Shown here: in pieces, positions 1 through 15,702 of the stretch
How the letters are laid out: every line of letters starts with the position of its first letter
Position numbering within the stretch: the first letter of the stretch is position 1
NCBI GenBank assembly: GCA_022605425.2
Contig: CM061247.1
Coordinates: forward strand, 1 to 64,000
Source: Hamiltosporidium tvaerminnensis FI-OER-3-3
Taxonomy: Eukaryota; Fungi; Microsporidia
Reading direction: 5' to 3'
Length of the DNA: 64,000 nt
Made by a program: the position numbers and the translations under genes
Notes under the pieces: model-generated
What the model saw: only the letters and a program-made list of their open reading frames with translations
The model's database searches: none
What the model was told of the DNA's origin: nothing

Positions 1-138
1 AACCCTAACCCTAACCCTAACCCTAACCCTAACCCTAACCCTAACCCTAACCCTAACCCTAACCCTAACCCTAACCCTAACCCTAACCCTAACCCTAACC
101 CTAACCCTAACCCTAACCCTAACCCTAACCCTAACCCT
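1..138. repeat. Telomeric repeat (AACCCT)23, i.e. TTAGGG on the minus strand; chromosome end
   Basis: Perfect hexamer array from base 1 to 138, then abrupt switch to AT-rich unique sequence. Confidence 0.98.
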
Positions 139-649
139 TATTTTAGCCTAAAGTTGGCAATTCTCAGTTATATTTTTTTTATTTAGGAATTTTATAAACA
201 TCAAATCTGTCTAGTCTTTACATTTAGTTAAACTGATATATATAGTTCATTGTTTATGTTTGAAAATAAAGTTGGTTTCGATTATAGCATTTTATATATT
301 TTTGTCTTTTATATTAAAAATTATTATAATTTAAATTTTAGTTACCTATTTTTCTTTTTGTAATTTTTTTTAGTTAAATTTTATGATTATTTTAGCTAAA
401 TGTTTTCTTGGCTAAATTTTTACCTTTATCATGTTTGCCTTACTTAAATTTATTTCTGTTATATCTTTATATATTTTTTTATTTTGAGTTTTTCTGTTCA
501 AATCTACTTTGTTTAATTTGCTGTGTTTTTTGATCTTTCTTTTGCTATTCTTTTAACAAATTAAAGAGTTTTATGGATTAAGCAGTTATTTTACAAAAAA
601 TAATTAATAGTTTTTATAATCTTTAGGTTTTAGAATAAATTAAAACTTA

Positions 650-2790
650 TTTCCAAATAATGCATAAATATATGGTAATTTTTTATTAATTTATATTGAA
701 ATTCGTTAATTCATATTAATATGTTATATTTTAATATTTCATTTGATATTTTCTCTTCTTGTATGATTTTGAGGTGTTAACCTTAATAAGCTTATAAAAT
801 TTACTATAATTGGAAGTTTTTGAGTGTAAGGTATTGTTGCTATTTTTTGTCTATTTACTACATTTTGACTATTAAAACATTAAATATTTATTTTAAAATA
901 ATGTTTTGTAATTGTGGTCATAATACGTTGTGTTCGGCTTAAATATGGTCATATTAAATTTGGTGAGATCGTTTTTGGAAAGCACTAAGTATACAGATAG
1001 AAACATTAATAGTAATAGGAATATTACATATCTATAGATTTTCAGATAACCTCATACTTTTTACTTTTCGTTAAATTGACCAAACTGTCAGGCATTTATT
1101 ATATATGTATTGTTTATGATACTTAAAAAGAATGTAGAGCTAAGTAAAAGAAAGAATACACGTGAAAAGGTAATTAAATATCATGCATAATACTTCTAAG
1201 AAAATTTTTAGAGTAGGATAATACTAAGGCTCTTCTTGAGTAAATTTATTATTTTTTAAATTTATACAGACATTAATATATTATTCATGTGTAATACAAT
1301 ATATATTAGCTGTTTTTAGATTTGATCCGTCTCAATCATCCATATAAATAAATCTTTTTGTTTCATATAATATAGTTCAAATTACTTATTATAAATAAAA
1401 ATGTATTAAATATTTTCATTATGTTAAGTCTTTCTATTTGACTTATGTATTAGTTTTTTGTTAAGATCAAAACGATAGAATAAAAATATAAAACATGGCA
1501 CATTAAAATGTCTCGATGTGATAACTTTATTTTTATTGTACTATTTCTATATTAAAACGAAATTTACATTTTCTTTTACATTAATTATGGCAAAATTTAA
1601 AGTTTGTTAATTATTTAAAACGTTTAAAGAAAGGCACATCAACAAATTTTGAATTTGTAGGGTAATCCTTATTTTTTTTTGTTTTCTTATATCTTTAACT
1701 TGTTTATGAAGCAATAAGAATTAACCCAAAATATAATTTAATGCTAAAATGATTTGATAATATTTTAATTTGGTATATAGGTAGTATGATTTGCTAAAAA
1801 AATAATGTTCATTATAAATCAAATTGGTTTAAATCTTTTTTTATATATATTTTTCGTAATTGCTATAAAGCTACCAAGAAATCTTCTTAGAATGAAGAAC
1901 TACGTATATTAATGTGACTTACAAGATATTGATACCATTTTCATTCAAATATATTTATTTTTGGATGTACATCAGAAAGATTAACGAAGAATATTTCATT
2001 TATGAAATCGTTGTATATTATAATCAAAAAATAAATTTCTATGATAGTATTTGTTGATTTATAGATTATCATATCAAAATTATTATTTGTCTCCTTAAAT
2101 TATAAAAGGAAAGACAATTATTTTGTAAAATTTATAAAAAACTCTAAATCTGGTTTTTTTTTGTGTTGAAGTATTTTCTACAAGTGAGTTAGGACTATCT
2201 TGTTATAAAACTACTGATTCTTTCTTGGATGAATCAAGATTAAACCTAATTCGGAAGAAATATAACTTATGCCTCAATCAACTGAAATATTTTTATTAGA
2301 ATATTCGCATCTATAATATAATATATTAAACTTTCCAAGCTGATTCGAATTATAGAACGGGCATATGAAGGTTATTGGCATGTGTTCCTATTATGGTTCA
2401 AAGGGTAGTATCTATTAATTTATCCGATCTTGGTTAAAGTCAAAATTAACCAAATAATTTAATGAATTCACTCGTAATATATTGGTAGGTTAACATTCAA
2501 TATCATAAACTGGAATTACAATACTTCGAATGCGAAGACTACATTATGGGACCGACTTTACTATTTATTAAGACTCGGAGTAAAAATGTATATCATAAAG
2601 AAAAAAAATAAAATAATGTTCTGTGAAAGAGGAAACTTTCAAAAGCATAAAAACTTTTATTTACTTTTATTTAAAGAACGTTTTAGTTTATTTGTTAGAA
2701 CCTTTTTTGTTAAAGGCACACAAAAAACTATTTGTCTTGAAATATATGAGTTAAGTGTATGATTTATGGTTGATTTGTTTTCTTATTTAT
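650..2790 (-). pseudogene. Decayed gene copy A of a subtelomeric family (paralog at ~12400-14610)
   Basis: Collinear shared blocks with the 12.4-14.6 kb copy (ataattggaagtttttg.gtgtaaggtatt; atacgttgtgttcg; tttgttgattt.tagattatcatatcaaa; gatcttg..taaagtca). Minus-strand remnants NSxxYLxNxDFxQDR in both copies; many stops and frameshifts. Boundaries approximate. Confidence 0.6.
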
Positions 2791-5700
2791 TAAATGTTTT
2801 TTTTAACGTATTTAATATTTTCTTTGTTTGCCTTATTCTCTATAGTTTAGCATTTAAATCTGTGCTATCCAGATTAGTTAGGTGAATTATAAATTCTGAA
2901 ACAATCGATTTTTGAACAAATTATATGTTTTTTAAAGCATTGATGAACCAAAATGAACATTTTAAATTGATATTACCATTTTAGCAGATTTTATAACTTT
3001 GCATATATTTATTAATTAAATACTTTTATATTATTTCTAATGCTAATAAAACTATTCAGCCTCACAATAATTTTGACAAATTGAATTTATTTTAATATAT
3101 ATTTTTGTAAGTATTATAATTTATAATTTTTTTCCATATCAATTAGGTAAATTCTGTTGGCTTTTGCTAATATTTTCTTTTCTCTTATATTTGGGATACT
3201 ATTTAGTATTTTAGGTGAAGAGTATCTTTATAAATATAAAATAAGCTATCATGCAAATATTTTAGTATCAATATCTATAGATATCAATAAAAACCAATGT
3301 TATTTAAGACTACTGTTATAGCAAGACAGAAATAAAAGTAACAAAATTAAATATTTGCAAACGAAAAAAAAATATTGTTAATTGAATTCATCCAGTAAAA
3401 ATATTGAAACAAAGTAGGTGACAATTAAAAATATTTACAAAGTAGAAGCAAAATTTAATTAAATATCCTCTCAATATAATATGCAAAAAAAACTACAGTA
3501 CAGAGACAAAATATAAAGCAAAAGTTTATTCTGAACCTGTGAGTAAATATAAGTAGCAATAAAAAACAAAATGTGGATTATATTTAGTTCCATAGATAAT
3601 TTGCATAGAAATCAATTCGAAATATTTTTATATGCTTATTCTTCCGGAATGTACCTTTCTTATTCAGATTATTGATTACCTAATAGTCTACTAAATAAGG
3701 TTAGGCAGAAAAAAATTATCTAGCTATCCAAAGACTCCCTACGGTTTTGTCTGTTATTTTTTTCTAAGGAGTTCAACCGAACCTTATGCCCTATTGTTTT
3801 GCTGAATTTTTTTCATTTCTAACTTCTATAAAATAATTAAGCACTATCTTACATATCTGGAACTTATATCATCATCATGTTTCTTCTGCTAAAAATAAAG
3901 AATGAAATATCGTGTAATGAACTTTTAAAAAAGAAATTTGGAATAAAGAATTTATTTCAAAAATAAATCACTCGTACAAAATTAATATAAACTTCTCGAA
4001 TTTCTAATAGAACATATAAACAGAAAAGATAATTTTTTTCAGCAACAAGATAGTGTTAGAACTCTACGCCAGACAGTCTTCATACATATACATCACATCT
4101 TTCTTCTCGAACACTCTTGATTATTAGATTTATGAATGAGGTAATAACAAATTAATAGATTGCTCAGCAAGCTCTTTGCTTGTCATATTATCCTATTTCT
4201 GTATTAGAAAGCTTTTACGGACTTTACATATTTTGTGCTAATTTGAAAATCTTCTTGTTCAATAAATTCTGAAAAACATCATGAATGAGACTAGTTTCTA
4301 CCTATACAGCTTTATTAAAAACAAACTCTACGTATCTATCCCAAAACTACAATTTCTTTTACTATCATACTTTTCGGTATTAAAACTAAAGAAACATTCA
4401 ACTTTAGTCATACCAAAAGAGAAATTGCCTCATTGAAGAAATAAAAAACAATTATATGCACCTCTTTTCAATTTTTCTTTCTCTGCTTTTGAATTTTTCT
4501 TTGTTTTTTCTATTCGCATTCCTTCTTTTACACTATCAATTCAGTTTCTCTATCGAAGAGAATATTTTTAGTATCGAATTGTCAGAGTGAGCCTTAGAAA
4601 ATAAAAATAAAAGAAATTTAAGAAATATATTGAATTTACATAGAAAGCCAATATAAAGAAAATTAATATTTTAAATATCTGAAGATAATTTTCATGAAAT
4701 TTTTATTTCTTTATTTCTAACACGAATATTCAAGTGTAAGAGAACATCATTTTATTGGACTATTTTGTATCCTTTCTCTCCTTAATTTAAAAGATTGGAT
4801 ATTGCAACAATGAAAAAATGAAATCAATTTTCATAAAATATTAGTAAAATTCATATTAAACTTTTTCGTAATTCTACTAAAAACTTTGTTTGAATAAAAT
4901 CAACACATGCGAATCATTTTTTAATTTTACAGGAAGAATAATAAATAAAAAAAATCGCTATATTTTGAATTTAAATTTATTACAATTCTATCAGTAATTT
5001 CTACTTGAAAATATTTTTCGAAAACAAAACTATTTGTTAGAATTCAAAATCAATTACAAAACTATCGCTTACGTTTGTTATGATATAATAAAATTATTTG
5101 CGTTTTATGGGGCCTTTTCACTTGTATTTTTTTATTTTGGTTTTTGTGCAACTTGTGTCTATTATTCTTCTGAATGAACGTTAAATATTTAAAAATGAAA
5201 TACAAGCATTTTATATTTTGCATTCTTAATATACATTCATATATAAAAGCATATCTTGGTTAAATAACACCATTTTCTTATATGCAGTAATAGGATATGT
5301 CAGGTTAGTGCAAAATTAAGAAATTTAAAGAATATAGGGCCTCTAGAAAAACAATATATAGATTTCTATTTTATAAATGTAAAACTTTATTAAAAAAATT
5401 GTTTTTATATAGTTTCAAAGGATTTATTTGCTCAGTTATGATTTAAGATAATATTTTTGAGAAAAAAATTTGGAATATACGACTATAAAACCCACCAGCG
5501 ATAAGCATAAATATATTAAATAAGTGCATTTATCATATGCCTACACTGTATTTTTTCGAGGGAATTTGGTAATTCTTTCATTCGTAAACATAACCAGGAA
5601 TACTTTAATAGTTTATTATTATTTTGAAAACGTTCAAATCAAAGAGTTTAGTTATTTTGGAATCTGATTTATTGTAAAAAGCAAATTTCACAAAATTGGC

Positions 5701-8700
5701 AAAAAAGGTTTATTGGTTTTTAAATAAAATATTATGCGCTTTGTTATATACAATAAAAAAAATTAGTCTTAACTTAAATAGATTAAAAAAAATCTAATTA
5801 CTTGGCTTCAGTAATTTATAGCAAGTAAATGGTTAAACAAAAATCTTTCAATTTATTATTATATAGTTATTGTTAGTTAAAACCTCTAAAATAGCAAGGT
5901 GACCCAAAAGAAGAGTTTTCTTACTTTTAGCAGGGAGATTCTAAAAATTTCAAATCATCTGAAAATTTATTTTTAGAAATCATTATAAATGTACAAAAAA
6001 AATCAAATATGTTTCTTAAAATATTGACAATATAACTCAACTATTCTAAATTTTTTAAATTAATCATATAAAACAAAAATAAACATATTTTTTGATTTAA
6101 TCTTTCCGGGCATATTTTTGTAAAAGATAAAAATTACAAATTCTAAGAAAATATACTTTTGATAATTTTTAAAAATATTAAAAAAATATGGTATCATATA
6201 TTTAGGTGCATAGTTGCTTTTGTAAACAAATGTCACTTATTTAAAATATAAATGTGATGTTTCCATGGTGTTTGATAAGTTCATTTCAGAGATTTTACTT
6301 TTTTCAAAAGAAACATACATTTTTTATTTTATCTAGTGTATTTCATTTTTAAAGTATTAATTCAAATTGTTTAAATTATTTCATATCTGTTATAAATGTC
6401 TTTTTATTTAAAAACGAAATAAAAAAGAACTTTATTCATATATTTATCTCCTAAAAGTTCATGAAAAATATTCAATTTTATAGAACTTCAAAAAAAAACA
6501 TTATTTAAACTACGAATTTACTTTACTTAATCTTTTAAATTAATTCCTTTCCGTTTTGCAGTTTGCAAAATCAAATGGCGAAAATAAAAATATGAATTCT
6601 TTTTAAACGATGTAAAATTTTAAATTCCTATACATTAGTCTTTTATTAATATGAAATACGCATTAAATTACATTCGAATATTAAATTATAGTCTTCAAAA
6701 AAATTAGGTTTTGTAATGTTGTGATTTTATAACTGATCAAAATATTTTATAGAATATAATTCTGTTATGATTTACAACAATTGGTTGATTTTACAGCAGT
6801 TTAATCTCACCAAATGGTTATAATAATTTTTTTTACAAAAAAAGTTAGATTATTCATTCTACATACTAATATATATTTTATAAAAATCAAAGGGAATATA
6901 GATTTATCAACAAAGAAGATTTAATATTTTTAAAGCGCAAAATTCAAAATCATACAATAATGTTAATAAAATAACAAAAAATAAGCAATTTTTCATTTGA
7001 AGATGGGATTCACAGAATATCATTGAATCTGTTGACCATACAGATATCCTTGGTACATACAAATAGAAACTGAGGCGCTTGGTTGTGATAAGTTTAAGCT
7101 GATGTCCGGAGGCATTATATCTTGATTGATCTTAATTTTATTTAATATATAAATGAGATTATGAAAGTACCAGCTTTAAGTCAGTATAGTTCTACAAAAG
7201 AAATTTATCAAAATGGAAATCAAAGCTTTTGAACTTTTAGACAGAAAATATGATAAATGAATTCAAATTAAGCGGTTTTCATAGCTAATAATAGATATTT
7301 TAATACATTTAAAAATTCTTTCTTGTTGATAACATTCGTGAAATGTTTTTTTTAAAAAAAGTGCTATTCTTTCTATTGCTAACTTCACGTCAATACATGC
7401 TGTATATAAAAAAAATAAAATTCTATAATCATAGCATGATTTGGTATTGCGATATGCTTTTTTTTTATTTTCACTTTTCATATTTAATTCTTTATATTCG
7501 GTAAGATCAAAAGAAGGTTTATACTGAATATATTTCTGGTATCTAATTAAGTTAATTGTTTATGAATTCTTTTTTTTATAAACGCATGCTAAAGGCTATA
7601 TTTATACAAATTATACAAACATCGAAGAAATAAAGTTTTCTATTTATAATATGGTGTATCATACCAATACCCTTACATATAAAATATATTACAAAGGTGA
7701 TGTTTAAAGAATCATATAGTTTTAAAAAGCTTTTAGATTTAAATTAACTGTTCTTCCTTTTGATATAACTTCTACTATTGAAATATTAAATCTTTTAATT
7801 TGGATCTGTTAATAAAGAGATAAAACGTATATAGCAATTAATTTTATAAACGTCTTTATAAATTACTCTTGGTTTCTTAGAATTATATGTTCACATAGAA
7901 ATAAATGTGCTGATTTTATATATGACCATCTCTACTGACAAGGCCTTACTATCTACCTTTATCACAATACTTTTATTATTCATAAAAAGCCAATCTTTAT
8001 TATTACCTTAAAATAAACCACTGTTCTTAGATACTCTTATCAATGTCAATATTTAGATTTGTAAGTTAGATTTTGACATATTCTATGCAAGTTTTTATAC
8101 CATTTGTGTTTAAAATTTATCCGTATGTTTAGTTTATACTATACTGGAAGATTCGAAAGTTATCCGAAATTCAAAATAAAAAATTTTCGTTTTGATGAAT
8201 AAAGGTATTCAAAAAACAATATCTCAAATTTACCATCTTTTATTTTTTCTAAAAAAATATTTTAAGTCTTCAAAAAATTTTTGGTATTTTGTTATATTAG
8301 TTTTGATATAGTTGTATTAAAAATTGCAAAATTCTAAAAATAACCTAAAATATATCTAATTTATTGCCCAAAGAATGTCAGAAATATTGCATATATATTT
8401 ATAAAGATCTGGATGATATCATGATAAAATTCGACAAGTTTTTTTCGTAAATTTTTTAGTTACTTTTTTTGATTTGTTTGATCATATTTCGTATAGTCGT
8501 ATATACAGCAAAAAAATTTAAAAAAAAAGTGACTTAAAAAATAACGTTTTAATGCATAAAAATACATTAAAATAAATAACGAATTTTATGTTTATGTCTA
8601 TTTAAAATATAGCAGTTGCTTTTAGAAATTTAAATTACTTATTTTTGTACTGTTGGCTGATATATTTTCGATATATGTATAGAGAAGTTTAAACATTATG

Positions 8701-11700
8701 AAAAAATCGAGTTTCACAAAAATACTATAAAATACTTAGAGACGCTAGAAAAATTATAGAAAATCAAATTGCAAAAATATTTTTAATCATGCAAATAATG
8801 TTCTATTTTTTTGTGGGTTTAATCGATACTCAAATCTTTGAGTTTTTTAGATATATACCTGAAATATTCCAGTTTGGAAAATGCAAAGAAACTCTAAAAC
8901 TACAAACATTTATATTAATGCTTCGAGTAGTCTTAAAATAACTAAGAGGTTTTGATAAGTAACAGTTTGAATTTTATTTTTTTTTTCAAATCTGTCAAAA
9001 ACGCAAAGTATATAGTGTATGAAGCAATTTAAAAAACGTAAAAATTTTATTTTTAAATTAATCCGTCCTATTTAAAACATCAAATATGTATCATATGTTC
9101 GTTTATTATAACTGTATAATTATCGTTATATAAATTAAAAGTATATTTGCTTTTAAATGTTAAGTATTTTATTTTTTCGAATTTGTTTTATTTCATTTAC
9201 GCATACTAGTTTGAATGATTCGAAAATCTATCAAAATATAATAAAAAAATATATGTTTGGTTGGATAATAATTTAAATGAAAATTTCTGATGCTAAGGAA
9301 AATTATTGTTTACAATTTAGAATAAAATCTAGTCATTTTTATTGGCTTCTTTTATTGCTTGATTTTTTATATTTGTTATATAAATTCACTTGTATCAGTA
9401 TTCTGAATTTTAAAATTTCAGAATACAGTGTAAAAAACAATGTTAATTTAAGACTCAAAAAGTGATAAAAATACTACAAATATGTAAATAAAATTCAAAT
9501 GTTGTGTTGGATTGCAATTCTGTATGTTTTATTTTATTTCCATAACCTTTATATTCTTCGATTTTTTTTTATATTTTTGTATTTAGTATATGAAACAAAT
9601 CGAGAATTATCAAAAAATATCGATAATAAAATATTTTTTAACTCGTTAAAAAAACATCTAAAAATACAATAAATGTTCTAATAAAGAAGCAAAAGTTATG
9701 TTTTAAATAAAATTTTATTGCCTTTAAGGACATTTTTTTATACCTTTTTTTTAATATTTTGCACTATATCATGTATATATGCATTGAGGAAATTCCAAAA
9801 TTTACAGAAAAATGACTAAAGCGATAACCGTTTAATATATGAAAATTACTAGAAAAGATTGAATCGTTGTATAAAGAATAAATAGATGTATGCCAGATGA
9901 AATATAATTTTTTTCTACGATAAAGTAATCAAAGATCCCTAAGTTTTCGATGTAGTTACATATCTTCCTAGAAAAGACTCTAGAATTATAAAAAAAAACT
10001 ACGATGTAATAGCGGAAAATTCTGTATATTCTACTAAAATGTTTTTAGTTATCTCACATAATTTTTTTATATCAAACTTCATTTTTAAATTTAATATTCA
10101 GTGTTTTTGATTTATATTAGATATGTATTGTATGAAAAGATTGAAATAGAAAAAAAAATGTACTCAAAGTATATATGATTTTATTCATAAAACTTATACG
10201 AATATTACAAATGTGTTTATACCAATTCAATAAATATCTCTTGAATTTAAATTTTTGTTTTTATATTAAATTTATCTTACCTAATTTTTTTTGATTGCTT
10301 TCTTTATAGCTATAGTGAAACCTTAATTATTATGCCAAAATCGATTACAAAACAAAATATCTTTTAAAATCTAAAAATCATGGAACAAATATCGGAAATA
10401 TGAAAATGATTGTTTTTACAATGTACAATCATATTTGTGTTATCTTGGTTTATAGTTTTTCATATATAGTTTTTTTATTTCTAGCATGTATTGTATATAT
10501 TTATGACTCACCTTGAGAATTAGATAAAAAATTATTAAAAATACGTAAGTTTAAAAATTACAAATTCTTCTGAGTACACAGATAGAGTCATAATAATTCT
10601 GATTTTAAATGACTTATCTGTTCGAATTTTTTTTATTTGAACTTGACTATTTTTTTGGTTTCTGTTCAAATAGTTTTTTGCTGGTGATATGAACAATTCT
10701 CAAATTCAAAAAAATCTTGATTGAAAGGTATATGTTTACTAGAAATAAAAATCAAAACATAACAGATTTTAAAAATAATACAGTTTAATTTTTGTTGTAA
10801 ATTTCTGATATTTTACGATTATTTTTGGTACCTGTTTTTTTTATTGGTAGCATATATATCGTTTTGAAGATTCCATAGAAATGAAAAATTCGATTTAAAA
10901 AAATATAATTTGTAATATTTAAAAATTTCTCTAAACATGACAACTGGCTTTAGTACTTTTTAATTGGTTTTTAATATATTGTAGATTTAATTAAGATTTC
11001 GTTTAAAGTATTCTTCTTTTTTTATTAATTTCGTTTTTTTATTTAGTGGATTATGAAATTTTGTTTAGATTATATATTTTTTATTAATAATCTTATTTTA
11101 CTTATATCATTATCATATTTTTTTATTCTATATAGTTATAATTTTCTTTATAGAGTTATTAAGTTATCATGTTATTTATTTATTTAGTTATTGAATTATT
11201 TAAAATTTATTTATTAAGTATTTCTCAATTTATTTATATAAAGTTATTTTACTTTTGAAAAAATATATTAGGATGTGAATTTGCTATCTATAATTCAATT
11301 TATTGATTAAAAATTTGTTATTATAAACTATACTACTTGGATTAACAGTGTTTTCTGTATAATTTAAATAGCCCAGTAATTTCATTTGCTTTGAGATTAA
11401 AGTTTTATTATTATATGCATTTCTTTTTAAATATTACTTTAAACTATACGGTCTAGTGAACAAAAAATACCATTTCTTACCTAGTTATATTAATTTTAAT
11501 TTTTTTGTGTGGTTTTCTGAATAATGCAATTATAAAGGCTCGTGAATGTGATATATTTTTTAAAAATTAATTCCGATTTTTTATTTGACTCCATACACAA
11601 TAATTTAGCTTAAAATTAAAATTTTGGAATCAAATAAAAAATCAATATTCCGTAGAATACGAGATAATTCTAACAAATATATATTTTTCTAATTTAATGC

Positions 11701-12399
11701 TTATAAAAGTTTTTTGTTTTTCATTTTTTTTATTATTTTGTCTATTCTTTTGAAATAAGTCATATATTTTAGTAAAGATAAATGTATTTTATATTATGTA
11801 GTAGAGTTCTAATATTTCTTAAACATTTAAAAATTCAGTACATATTTATATTCTTTCCACTTTAAGTTTAAGTATTTTTAGTCTTTATTTTTCTTGATAT
11901 ATTTAAACTAGTTAAATTGTTTTCGAAGATCACCAGTCGTAAATTAGCAGCTCCCTTTATTTGTCTAATAATTTTATACTAAAAAACTTATATGGTTTTA
12001 AGATCGATATAACCTATTTTTTTTAACCATAATATAAAACTAGTATTATTTATCTTGTTAATATATAAAAGTTTTTCTAAAAAAAATACTATTTTGCATT
12101 TGTATTTTTGTCAATATTTTTTATTTTTTAAGTTTTTTGTAAATTGACTAGTTGATTTTATTTTACTTATTTTATTTTTTTTTAAATAATTTAAAATTTC
12201 TTCTGGTATCTAGTTTGTTTGACTCAATTTTATTTAGGTGAACCTTTACCTACTTTTTTTAATTTGTAGATATCTTTTTCATACCAGTATTTGTTTTTAC
12301 CTCAATATGTTACATGGTTACTTAATCAAGCACTTATTTCATGCGTAAAAAACCTTTCTAATTGTTTAAATCTTTAATTTATATTCTAAAGTAATACTT

Positions 12400-14610
12400 A
12401 TTTTTAAATAAAATATAGGTTTATTCTATTTTTATGGAATTTTTGTATATCTTATAGCAATTTTATATCCAGGTATCTTAAAATTTCTTATTTTATATCA
12501 TTATGTTATATTTAAATATATAATTAAGTTTTACCTCTTCTTATGCTATTTGATGGAGTTAAGCCAAATAGACTTTAAAAATTAACCATAATTGGAAGTT
12601 TTTGTGTGTAAGGTATTTTTTGTTTTTTTATGCTTATTACGAACATTCGGACAATTAAAAACATAACTTATTATCTAAAACGAAGATTTTTTTATCTTGA
12701 TCATCATACGTTGTGTTCGATCTAAATATGACTGTATTAAATTTCGTGAAATTGTTTTTAGAAGCCTTTAATATATTGTATGAAACATTAATCATATATG
12801 GAATTTATGCGTAACTATAGATTTCTATATAACCTTATACTATTTACTTTTACTTTTACTTTTTCTTAATTTATGCAATCTTTAATAGCGCTTAATTATA
12901 TATTAGTGTTTATGTTACTTAAAAAGAAACTAAATCTAATATAAAGAAAGATAATGTGTTAAGGTGTATCTATATCTTATATATAATGCTTTAATGAGAA
13001 TATATATGAAAAAATATATTATTGCTTTTTTTGAAATGGATATGATATTATTTAGATTTATACAGACATTAATTTTTGATTCATATGCAAAACAATCTAT
13101 ATAATAATTTAAAAATTTGATTCGTCTCAATATATCCATATAAATAAATATTTTGTTTCATAATATATAGCCAGTGTGAACCAGATTAATTGTTATTAAT
13201 ATAAATGTATTAAATATTTTGATTTTGTAAATTATTTTTATTAGACTATACATTATTGTACTGAAAAGATCTAAAGAATGAAATTTGGATAAAAAATATA
13301 ATGCATTAAAATGTTTTGAAATGATAACTATATTTTTATTCTACTACTTCTATATTAAAACTACATTTAAATAACAGTTTCTACATTACTTATAATTTAA
13401 TTTTAATTCAATTTATTCGTCTACCTAGTTTATAGATAATTGCTTACTAATTTTTAAATAGTATGGTTATATGTATTTTTTTAGTTTTCTTAGATATTTA
13501 ACCTGTTTACAAAGTATTACGTTTTACCACAAAAAATAATTTAATGAAAACCTAAATTAGGTAAAATTTTTGTTATGGTATAAATATAAAATAAATCAAA
13601 AACATAAATTATAAATGTAATAAAGTATAATTTAAATTTATGAACTCATTTTTCTAAAATCCTTCATTTATATTTTTCTTAATAGAAGATATAAAGCTTC
13701 GAAGAAATCTCCTAAAAATAAAGAACTAATTATACAAAGGTGAATTACAAAATATTTGTAACATTTGAAATGTAAATATATTTATAGTTGCGATATTAAT
13801 GTATGAAGACCAAAAAAGAATATTAGTTATATGAAATTATTCATATATTATAATGAAAGTATAATTCCTAAGATAATCTTTGTTGATTTGTAGATTATCA
13901 TATCAAATTTATGACTTGTCTGATTAAAATATAAAATGAAAGACAATTGTTTATTAAAAATTACAAAAACTATATAGATCGCGTTTTTAATCCTTAGCAT
14001 CTTCTATAGGTGACTTAAGACAATCTTCCTATGAAAGTTCCGATATCTATTTTATTTTGAGATATAAATCTAATGTTGAAGCCATATAATTAATACACGA
14101 TTAACTTATATATTACTAGAATATTTAGACATGAATTTTCTATCTTACATCGTTTGAGCTGATTTAGATTCTGAAAGAAACATATTTCTAATTATTTCTA
14201 TCGTTTTCTTCTATGATTCAAAGAGCGAGTGAAAGAACTCAATCGATCTTGACTAAAGTCAGAATTACCTAAATAAATGAATTCATTTATCGAGAATATT
14301 TTGGTAGGTAATAACCTATCAAGATCATTAATTTTAATTGTCATAATCGAATCTCAAAAAGTCAAAATATTGGACAGAATTGGCTATTAGAAAAGATTCG
14401 GTCGGAATGTTTACCATAAAAAAAAGATAAAATAATATGCTGTAGTTAAGGCTAAAATTTTTAAATCTTAATATCTTTTTTTCACTTCTTATCACAATAC
14501 ATTATTCATTTAGTTTATCTTGACCTATTTCGATTTAAAAAACAAAACAACAACTTTTGTTTTATGATTAATGCGTGGGTTATAGCATCTATACTAGAGT
14601 TGTGTTCTTT
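12400..14610 (-). pseudogene. Decayed gene copy B of the same subtelomeric family (direct repeat of ~650-2790)
   Basis: Same shared blocks at an offset of ~11.8 kb; no long ORF. Confidence 0.6.
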
Positions 14611-15658
14611 TTAAAAAAATGTGTTTTCCTAAACTATAAGTAATTTTAAGCATTGAAAAACATGTTAAGGAATGTAAAATGAATTTTTCTAACTTGAAAT
14701 TAAATCCAAATGAAGTATGGAAATTCAGGGAGATTTATTTAAACCATTAGAAAAATAGTAAATAGGTTCGTCGATATCAAATTAATTGGTTTATCGTATA
14801 ATTTAATGGAGGAAACTCAACCAGGTTATAAAATAATGTGTATGTAAAGGAAATAAGAATCGGTTTACACTTTCGCTTAATATATATTTATGAAAGTTAA
14901 GGAATATTGAATTATTTACTTTATACAATTCAGAAAAAATATTTAATGCTAGCCTAATCTGTGAAAAAAACGTATGAGGAAGATCGGGAAAATTGAAGTA
15001 TTTTTTCCCAATTTTAATAAAAAATGTCCGAAGTAACTAAGGAAAAGTGCGAAGTAGTGTCCTTGGGATTCACAAAGAAGTATGTAACCTAAAGACAAAG
15101 ACAGTTGACCTAATTTCGTATATCTAGGTTAAGTCGAAATAAAGGCGGAAAGCTTACTAGTCAAACTTAGTTTCGAAGTTTCTTTTTTGGCTTTCTTCAA
15201 TTTAAAAGATTCCCTCTGACTTTGTAAAGTCATTTTACAGTGGCTCTAGCTTTCATAAGGATGTTTATATAGATTAGAAACTAGAAGAGTAACTACTTCA
15301 CCTTGTAGATCATTTAAAAATACAAAATTAAGAAACTACACTTCTTTTTTAAAATTATCGTAAGTAAAATATTTTTATTCTCAAAATACGGAATGTTTTA
15401 ACTAATTAATAGAAAAATGACTTGTTTTAGTAATTTTTTAATTTTAAATATCTTAATATGTTTTTCCTATATCAAAAACCCATATGTGTTTTTAGATTTT
15501 TCAGAACACAAAACAAGAATCTAAAGAAATAAAAATAAATTCCGATTTTTTTTCTAAAAAGGGAAACAAAATAGTATTTCCCAGGACTACAACACTGTGT
15601 CAGTTCTATACAAAATATAAAAGGTGTTTTTGTTTCTAATCTGAAATGAAAATCTGTA

Positions 15659-15702
15659 TAGTTTCCAAACTTTAGTTATGGACTAATATAGTTTGGAAAC
15701 TA
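15659..15702. repeat. Short inverted repeat / hairpin
   Basis: tagtttccaaact (15659-15671) is the perfect reverse complement of agtttggaaacta (15690-15702), with an inner ttagt/actaa stem. Confidence 0.7.

Noticed and set aside
7263-13139. Short ORFs at 7263, 9277 and 12936 as genes
   Set aside because: Composition mirrors AT-rich background or pseudogene fragments; no motifs.
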